A stretch of DNA of 31,113 nt from a virus. Taxonomy: Duplodnaviria > Heunggongvirae > Uroviricota > Caudoviricetes. The stretch lies in IMG/VR virus record IMGVR_UViG_2870490042_000004, positions 1 to 31,113 of that record; one strand, given 5' to 3'. Made by a program: the position numbers and the translations under genes. This document shows, one piece after another, positions 25,386-31,113 of the stretch. How positions within the stretch are numbered: position 1 is the stretch's first letter; the number at the start of each line of letters is the position of its first letter. The notes under the pieces were generated by a model that searched no databases, had not been told where the DNA came from, and saw only the letters and a list, made by a program, of their open reading frames with translations.

Positions 25386-27506
25386 TTACGACAGACAGGA
25401 TTTAGTCAGCCTCGCAGATGACGTAATTTTATGCGGTTTTAACAGATTGTAATTACTATGGTGGTGCTTTCTCGTAGACAAAGAGTATTTTAATGCCCCC
25501 CTGAGCACCCTCACGACATCCTGGTCATTCCATTCGATAACTCCGTCATCAACCAGATTAAGCACTGCTGCGGCGTGCTCAGAAGGTGTGGGAGCCGGTA
25601 ACGAAGTATCACCACCGGTGAGCATTCCACAGTTATTGACAGGACTCCGAGGCGCGGCGATGCCGCTTTTTAAAGTCAAAGGCTCAACGACCGGAACTTT
25701 CGGCACAATGCGCCAGTCCGTCGTTCTGGTGATATGAATATGACGCGCGCCGAGATGCGGCGCGTAAATGCCGACCACTCTCCCGACTTCTTCCTCGTAC
25801 TCGTTAACGTCATCCGACGGACTACGGGCAACCCTGACAGTCTGACAATCACGCGGAACATTTGCCCCACCCTGCGCGCTGATATACAACGCAAAATCAC
25901 CACTGTCTGCGGCGGCACGTGCAGCCTCAACGCGTTCGTCAAACTCATCAGCAATGCTGACGCCGCGAGGCAATTTGCGTAGTTCACGGTAAGCCCCCAT
26001 TGTCGGCAGACCAACCGTTTTAAATTGTGGGATGCGCCACGTTGACGCCCATGCGGTAACAGCCGCAGCAGTGTCTTTCAGCGGTCTGCCGGTATCGTTA
26101 TCGAGCTGACCATCCAGTGCATAGCCATCGATGTTTTTTGAGATGTATTTCGCGATATACCCCGCAGCACCGCCCCGGTTAAGGTGTTTTGCCTGAAAAC
26201 GGTTTCGCGCGGCTCCTCTTTCGTCGCCATCCTCTTTGAGCGCATAGCGACGCATGATTTCAATAATCTGGTTACGCTGGCGTGGATTACAAAAAAGCAT
26301 CATATGCCAGTGCGGCGTTCCGTCGTGGTGTGGCTCGACGACTCGCAAACCGTAGACCTGTAAATCATTATCCTTGAATGCCGTGCGCATCAGGCTCCAG
26401 ATACGGCAGAGATAACGCTGCGCATCCTTTGGATTAAATGCCTCATCATTCCAGCCGTGATTAAGCTGGACGGTTTTACTTTCGCCTTTTCCGACCTGAC
26501 GTGTCGGGTGATACTTTGACGGCGTGGTCAGCGTGATAAACATCCCCACATCACCCTCTGCGGCGGCGTAACGCTCAATACCGGCGATGGTGTTCATCAG
26601 CTCCATCCGGCGAATTTCAGGATTAGAAATACTGCCCATCACCTTACTGATAAGGTCGATGCGCTCGCCGGTTTCCCTGTTTTCGAGGTCACACGATTTA
26701 AGAAATTCCAGATTTGCCTGGCGGCGTGCACGCACATCACGAATGGCATGTTTACTGGCATAAGGAGAACGGTCTTTATTGACCTCCCCGACAGCAATCA
26801 GTAACGCCTCATGCCAGCGCATACGCTGGCCTTTAAGCTGATGAGTCCACCACTCATCGTTAAACAGACGAGCAATGGCAGAATATGCCTGCCTCGTGGT
26901 CATCTGTCCTTTACGGTATTTTTTCCAGTAAAGCGGGGAAATATTGAAAGCACGTGCAGCGCCAGCAACATGACCATACAGATGCGCCTGCGCCTCATCC
27001 GTAAACAGCGATTCTTTTTCGCCATGCGCATCCACCCAGGCATCGCAGAGTTCCTCATACATCATGAAAAGCTGCGATGAGATACGGGCGGCAAACTTTT
27101 TCAGCTCCTTGTCATTCATCCCCGGCAGACGCGCATAGTGGTCACGCTCAGCCAGAAACAGCATCGACGCTTCGGTGTTCATTTCATGGCGCTGATTCAC
27201 GCGCTCAATGCGCGGCCATAAACGACGCTGAAAAGTGGATGTGAGGAAATAAAACCCGTGCACCGGGCTTTTATTGCGCCGGATGTAGTCATAGCGTGAA
27301 GTAAACAGCGAACGCAAAAAGTAAGGCAGGCGGTTAATCGTGGATAAAACACCTTGCACCTGACGCATCTCGTCACGTGTAAGGGGTCTTTCGCGCCCGA
27401 CAGCCTCGCGTGGCGCGTTCCATGCATAAGCACCGGTAAACGTCTCACCGGTGCCTGCGGCAAATGCTGACGGAGGGACAAAACGCCCGGAGGCTTTAAC
27501 GGCCAT
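25386..27506 (-). CDS. A: Replication initiation protein A (rolling-circle HUH endonuclease, P2 gpA-like)
   Basis: About 706 aa from the first ATG at 27506 (MAVKASGRF...); the ORF track starts at an upstream TTG at 27548. HUH-type motif PHWHMMLF and tyrosine motif YIAKYISKN; position between the early ORFs and the cargo island. Confidence 0.88.
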   Translation of the reverse strand: MAVKASGRFVPPSAFAAGTGETFTGAYAWNAPREAVGRERPLTRDEMRQVQGVLSTINRLPYFLRSLFTSRYDYIRRNKSPVHGFYFLTSTFQRRLWPRIERVNQRHEMNTEASMLFLAERDHYARLPGMNDKELKKFAARISSQLFMMYEELCDAWVDAHGEKESLFTDEAQAHLYGHVAGAARAFNISPLYWKKYRKGQMTTRQAYSAIARLFNDEWWTHQLKGQRMRWHEALLIAVGEVNKDRSPYASKHAIRDVRARRQANLEFLKSCDLENRETGERIDLISKVMGSISNPEIRRMELMNTIAGIERYAAAEGDVGMFITLTTPSKYHPTRQVGKGESKTVQLNHGWNDEAFNPKDAQRYLCRIWSLMRTAFKDNDLQVYGLRVVEPHHDGTPHWHMMLFCNPRQRNQIIEIMRRYALKEDGDERGAARNRFQAKHLNRGGAAGYIAKYISKNIDGYALDGQLDNDTGRPLKDTAAAVTAWASTWRIPQFKTVGLPTMGAYRELRKLPRGVSIADEFDERVEAARAAADSGDFALYISAQGGANVPRDCQTVRVARSPSDDVNEYEEEVGRVVGIYAPHLGARHIHITRTTDWRIVPKVPVVEPLTLKSGIAAPRSPVNNCGMLTGGDTSLPAPTPSEHAAAVLNLVDDGVIEWNDQDVVRVLRGALKYSLSTRKHHHSNYNLLKPHKITSSARLTKSCLS

Positions 27507-27771
27507 ATGAGCCAAAAGCCTCTGAACAACGCCTGCTGAGTTGCTCAACCTGCACGTTTAAATCGGCAAAAGATTTTGCGCTTCCGGTCAGAATATCGTG
27601 ATGCATCAGGCCGGAAACGAGCTGGCTTAATTTCGGGTAATAACCAACCACCGCCAGCCATTCCTGACCGGCGTTTTTACCGCTTTCCGCTCTCTTTTTC
27701 TCGTGGAGAATAAACTGAAAGCTGTCACTGGTAACGACATAACGTTCGCCAATTTCAATACGAATACTCAT
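27496..27771 (-). CDS. Hypothetical early protein (P2 orf83 position)
   Basis: 91-aa ORF in the early operon, overlapping the upstream and downstream genes by a few nt; no recognisable motif. Confidence 0.5.
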   Translation of the reverse strand: MSIRIEIGERYVVTSDSFQFILHEKKRAESGKNAGQEWLAVVGYYPKLSQLVSGLMHHDILTGSAKSFADLNVQVEQLSRRCSEAFGSYGR

Positions 27772-27992
27772 GCCGTTCTCCGGTAATGTTTGTTTTTTGC
27801 TTCAAAGACTGACTGACAGGAAACACAACGCGTGGCTGACGGATAATCCGCACGACGGGCAGCAGGTATTGGCGCATCACACTCTTCGCAAACCAGCGCA
27901 GAAGCACCACAATGTTTTACCCTTGCCGCGTTAATCTGGCGCTCCAGTAATTCAGCCTGTTGTTCCTGAATAAAATCCACATTGTCCGGCAT
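27768..27992 (-). CDS. TraR/DksA-type C4 zinc-finger protein (P2 orf82 position)
   Basis: 74 aa; CEEC...CVSC spaced as in TraR/DksA-family zinc fingers. Confidence 0.6.
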   Translation of the reverse strand: MPDNVDFIQEQQAELLERQINAARVKHCGASALVCEECDAPIPAARRADYPSATRCVSCQSVFEAKNKHYRRTA

Positions 27993-28297
27993 TACCAGCT
28001 CCTTTTGTCGTTCAGTTTCTTAAATTCATCAGCGCAATAGCTGGCGATTTCTGTCGTTAATTTTGTCAGTTCATCCACGGAGGAAATTTGCTTGTGAAAT
28101 ACAGCGCGTTTAACAAGTAAATTGACCACATCAGACAGGAGGTTTAATTCACTCTGATAAATCGCGATAACAGATTCAGTTATTTCGCGTTTTTCTTTAT
28201 CAAGACCAAGTTGAATAAGAGACAAATCGCCATTTTTCATAACGACGATTTTTAAGGCATTGTTCAGTAAAACAACTGAACGAGAACAGGACATCAA
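27992..28297 (-). CDS. Hypothetical early protein (P2 orf81 position)
   Basis: 101-aa ORF, AT-rich, in operon context; start uncertain. Confidence 0.45.
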   Translation of the reverse strand: MMSCSRSVVLLNNALKIVVMKNGDLSLIQLGLDKEKREITESVIAIYQSELNLLSDVVNLLVKRAVFHKQISSVDELTKLTTEIASYCADEFKKLNDKRSW

Positions 28298-28518
28298 AGC
28301 ACCTCCCCGCGAGACAATCCGATGTTGTGAAATTTTTCCGACTCCTGACTGAGCAGCTCGACTATCTCCACGCGGGATAACTCCGCCTTTGTGATGTGGC
28401 GAATCATGGCGTCAAGATGAGAAGAAAAGCGCGTCGCAGCGTCGGCCTGTGCTTCGGTTCTGGCCTGTTGCAGCAGTAATGCGTATTTACCGCACTGATT
28501 TTCAGAAACTGTATGCAT
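28294..28518 (-). CDS. Hypothetical early protein (P2 orf80 position)
   Basis: 74-aa ORF; 4-nt overlap with the downstream gene. Confidence 0.45.
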   Translation of the reverse strand: MHTVSENQCGKYALLLQQARTEAQADAATRFSSHLDAMIRHITKAELSRVEIVELLSQESEKFHNIGLSRGEVL

Positions 28519-28581
28519 GACTTTCTCCAGGCAAAAAGAAGCCCCGCACGATTAAGTGCGTTAAAAACTCTGGTTAATTAC

Positions 28582-29082
28582 TTAATGCAGATATTGCTCT
28601 GGTTTTACCGACGTCAGAATTGTCGGTGCATACTCAAACAGACTGAATAATTCACGTAATGCACGGAATAAAGCATCACGCCAGTAACATGATTCTTCAT
28701 TAATTCGCCAGTATGGCTGGTTAAATTCTTTTTCTGTCAGTCGTGCGTGCATAAATAAAGTGCGACGCTGACTGACTGTTAAAAAACTAATATATGCATA
28801 CTCACTTGCGCCAACCTGACGGCGTTTTGAGAATGCCCCACGCAGTTCATCAATTGCACATACCAGTCGTTCACGTTCGACGTCGTTCATTTCTTCAAAA
28901 CGCATCGTTGCGTGACGTTGTTTTAACTGCGCATGAAAGCAAACTGTTAGCCGTTCGCGCTCCATCATCTGATTATAATAATCACATGTCTCCTGCCAGC
29001 GAGGGACGGCAAGATGCTTACCAATTATCCGGCGCATAGCTGCTGGCTGTTTTTCGACGAGATTGAGCGTCATCACTGTCAT
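28582..29082 (-). CDS. B: Replication protein B (P2 gpB-like, helicase-loader type)
   Basis: 166 aa (P2 gpB length); position between cox/orf78 and the orf80-83 block. Confidence 0.75.
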   Translation of the reverse strand: MTVMTLNLVEKQPAAMRRIIGKHLAVPRWQETCDYYNQMMERERLTVCFHAQLKQRHATMRFEEMNDVERERLVCAIDELRGAFSKRRQVGASEYAYISFLTVSQRRTLFMHARLTEKEFNQPYWRINEESCYWRDALFRALRELFSLFEYAPTILTSVKPEQYLH

Positions 29083-29315
29083 TTCCAGACCCTCCGGCTT
29101 TTCAGAAAGGTCAGAGCCTTTTTTAACGGACTCTGTTTTTTGGTGCGGATAATGATTCCCTTGCGACCCTTTCCGTGGGTGATGGTGAAGTCAATCGCCC
29201 TGGGGCTTTCGTTACGCAATAACTGAGCAATACAACGAGGCTCGTTCATCCTTTCCACCTTAAGCCGCACGGCCATGTCTTGATTTGCTGTAACTAATGC
29301 GATTTTTCCAGTCAT
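29079..29315 (-). CDS. Hypothetical early protein (P2 orf78 position)
   Basis: 78-aa product if started at the internal ATG at 29315; the ORF-track 96-aa version overlaps cox by 110 nt. Basic C-terminus. Start is ambiguous. Confidence 0.4.
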   Translation of the reverse strand: MTGKIALVTANQDMAVRLKVERMNEPRCIAQLLRNESPRAIDFTITHGKGRKGIIIRTKKQSPLKKALTFLKSRRVWK

Positions 29316-29631
29316 GCCATTCTGTCGGAGCTTCATCAACCAGTTGGGCTGCGTACTTGTCCCACTCACGGCGATTAATCCATAATTCAGCTTTCCCTCT
29401 TGGTTTTAATGGGTCTGTCATGTAGAAGGCTGGCAGCTTTCCTGCTTTAGCCATTTCAGCCACCGCGCGTGGTGTCTTACCGATGTAAAGAGCAAAACCT
29501 TCTTTCGACAGCAAATCAGATGGGCGCTCTGAAATCTGAATGCTTTTACGTTTGGCTTCATTTTCGAAACTTGCCTCATCGCTAGTTGGACAAGAAATTT
29601 CTACATTTGTCGTCACTTTGCTATCCTCCAT
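29260..29631 (-). CDS. cox: Cox-like excisionase / early-promoter repressor (HTH)
   Basis: Divergent from C; HTH-like segment FALYIGKTPRAVAEMAKAGKLPAFYMTDP; ORF is 123 aa but a GTG at codon 6 preceded by GGAGGA is an alternative start. Exact start unresolved. Confidence 0.6.
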   Translation of the reverse strand: MEDSKVTTNVEISCPTSDEASFENEAKRKSIQISERPSDLLSKEGFALYIGKTPRAVAEMAKAGKLPAFYMTDPLKPRGKAELWINRREWDKYAAQLVDEAPTEWHDWKNRISYSKSRHGRAA

Positions 29632-29640
29632 AAGATTTGC

Positions 29641-29682
29641 GATTCACCAACTGGAGCCTTCTAGAGCCTTTTTGAGTGAATC
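29641..29682. promoter_or_regulatory. Immunity switch region with candidate operator repeats (Pe/Pc region)
   Basis: Direct repeat GAGCCTT at 29654-29660 and 29664-29670, flanked by the inverted repeat GATTCAC (29641-29647) / GTGAATC (29676-29682), in the 93-bp cox-C intergenic spacer. Confidence 0.4.
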
Positions 29683-29724
29683 ACAAATTGCCAAGTAGCA
29701 ATATAATTGGAGATTAGCAAAATT

Positions 29725-30024
29725 ATGTCAAGTGAACAAAGTGAAAAACTAAAGCTCATCCGTGAATCCGAACGCCTTAAAACTAAGGAACTTGCTGAAT
29801 TAATTGGAATTAATTACTACACATATCATGGATATGAATCAGGAAAATCAAAAATGCCTATGGAAGCAGGTATGAAGCTGTTTAAGCATCCACGCTTTCG
29901 CAAGTATCGTGACTGGTTCATGTTTGATGAAACAGATCCAGCAGCTGGACAAATAGCCCCGGCTCTCGCACACATTGGGCAAGACTCAACAACCTTGCAC
30001 CACTCAGACCAGAAAACTGGCTGA
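29725..30024 (+). CDS. C: Immunity repressor C (P2 C-like)
   Basis: 99-aa product from the first ATG at 29725 (the ORF track starts at a TTG at 29707); C-terminal ..GQIAPALAH.GQ.....HSDQKTG matches my recollection of P2 C. Confidence 0.85.
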   Translation: MSSEQSEKLKLIRESERLKTKELAELIGINYYTYHGYESGKSKMPMEAGMKLFKHPRFRKYRDWFMFDETDPAAGQIAPALAHIGQDSTTLHHSDQKTG

Positions 30025-30117
30025 CGATTTATTCAGCATATGTGTGTAGTAAATGTACGAAAGAAAATTGCATTAATTTTCAAGTAGTAGAAGTAAACAG
30101 CGTCATCGGAGGGCTTT

Positions 30118-31113
30118 ATGTCTATTAAAAAGCTCGATGATGGTCGTTATGAAGTGGACGTCAGACCGCAGGGTGCAGATGGAAAACGTATCAGGCGGAA
30201 ATTTAAAACTAAAGGTGAAGCTCAAGCATTCGAACGTCATGTACTGGTTAACTACCACAACAAAGAGTGGCTGGAGAAACCAGCCGACCGCCGAACTCTT
30301 ACAGAGTTGTTAGGCAGATGGTGGATATATCACGGAAAATCACATGAGCGTGGAGATATTGAACGGGGGCGTTTAACGACAATAATCGCCAAATTTGCAG
30401 AAATGGGAGTGTCCAGAGCTGACCAGCTAACAAAGAAAACGATAACTGATTATCGCGTTGTAATGATGAACGATGGTCTAAAACCAGCCAGCGTAAATCG
30501 GCATCTGGCAATAATGAGCGGGATGTTCACCAAGTTAATTGACGCCGGTGAATACCACTCTCACAACCCGTTCCGTGAGGTTAAGCGGTTACGTGAAGCT
30601 GTTACAGAAATGGCTTTTTTGTCCAGTGAAGAGATTACGCGACTGTTATCCATGCTTGATGGTGATGAATTAAATGCGACTCTGGTCTGCCTTTCTACTG
30701 GTGGACGCTGGAGTGAAGTGTCTAATTTAAAAGCTGAACACATCATTAACCAGATGGTTACGTTTATGAAAACTAAAAACGGAAAGCGCAGGACAATTCC
30801 CGTTTCGCAGGACTTGATTAAACGGATCAAAACCAAAAATTCTGGCAGGCTTTTTAATGCCAGTTACTACAAAGTGCGCAACGCTCTCAGGGAAGTAAAA
30901 CCCGATTTACCTGACGGACAGGCAGTGCATGTTTTGAGGCATACATTTGCCACACATTTTATAATGAATGGAGGTAACATAATCACATTGCAGCGCATCC
31001 TGGGTCATTCTAACATTCAGCAAACTATGACCTACGCACACTTTGCACCGGATTTCTTACAAGATGCTGTGACTCTTAACCCGGTGTCAGGAATGTCCAT
31101 AATGCGTCCATAA
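30118..31113 (+). CDS. int: Tyrosine integrase (P2 Int-like)
   Basis: 331 aa; C-terminal catalytic region HVLRHTFATHF...LGHSNIQQTMTYAHF (R/H-x-x-R...Y); stop codon is the last 3 nt of the window. Confidence 0.9.
   Translation: MSIKKLDDGRYEVDVRPQGADGKRIRRKFKTKGEAQAFERHVLVNYHNKEWLEKPADRRTLTELLGRWWIYHGKSHERGDIERGRLTTIIAKFAEMGVSRADQLTKKTITDYRVVMMNDGLKPASVNRHLAIMSGMFTKLIDAGEYHSHNPFREVKRLREAVTEMAFLSSEEITRLLSMLDGDELNATLVCLSTGGRWSEVSNLKAEHIINQMVTFMKTKNGKRRTIPVSQDLIKRIKTKNSGRLFNASYYKVRNALREVKPDLPDGQAVHVLRHTFATHFIMNGGNIITLQRILGHSNIQQTMTYAHFAPDFLQDAVTLNPVSGMSIMRP

Noticed and set aside
25676-26014. 112-aa and 82-aa ORFs on both strands within gene A
   Set aside because: Embedded in the conserved replication-initiator gene; no start context; likely spurious.
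1-31113. CRISPR arrays, tRNA or rRNA genes, IS elements
   Set aside because: No regularly spaced direct repeats, no tRNA-like cloverleaf candidates noticed in intergenic regions, and no transposase-like ORFs. The only recombinases are the phage integrase and the tail-fibre invertase.

Overview
The window is essentially one complete P2-like (Peduovirus-type) temperate prophage, in reverse orientation relative to the canonical P2 map. It runs from the ogr stop codon (position 1) to the int stop codon (31113), so both att junctions lie just outside. Gene order: ogr-D-U-T-E/E'-FII-FI, then a Gin/Hin-family invertase with an invertible tail-fibre segment, then H-I-J-W-V-S-R-lysC/B/A-K-Y-X-L-M-N-O (all minus strand), divergent P-Q (plus strand), cos, an AT-rich cargo island, A, small early ORFs, B, cox, and finally C and int on the plus strand. 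Many product lengths match P2 exactly, and an exact 19-nt match to the P2 cohesive end as I recall it sits just past Q. The main finding is the cargo at the position P2 uses for tin/old: a two-gene minus-strand operon of a SIR2-like NADase-type protein followed by a HerA/FtsK-like ATPase, which by domain content and gene order is a SIR2-HerA anti-phage defence system. The second notable feature is a tail-fibre switch absent from P2 itself: a Gin-like invertase beside a roughly 1.9-kb segment bounded by inverted 26-bp sites. All calls rest on reading the translations, motifs and synteny from memory; no database search was run.
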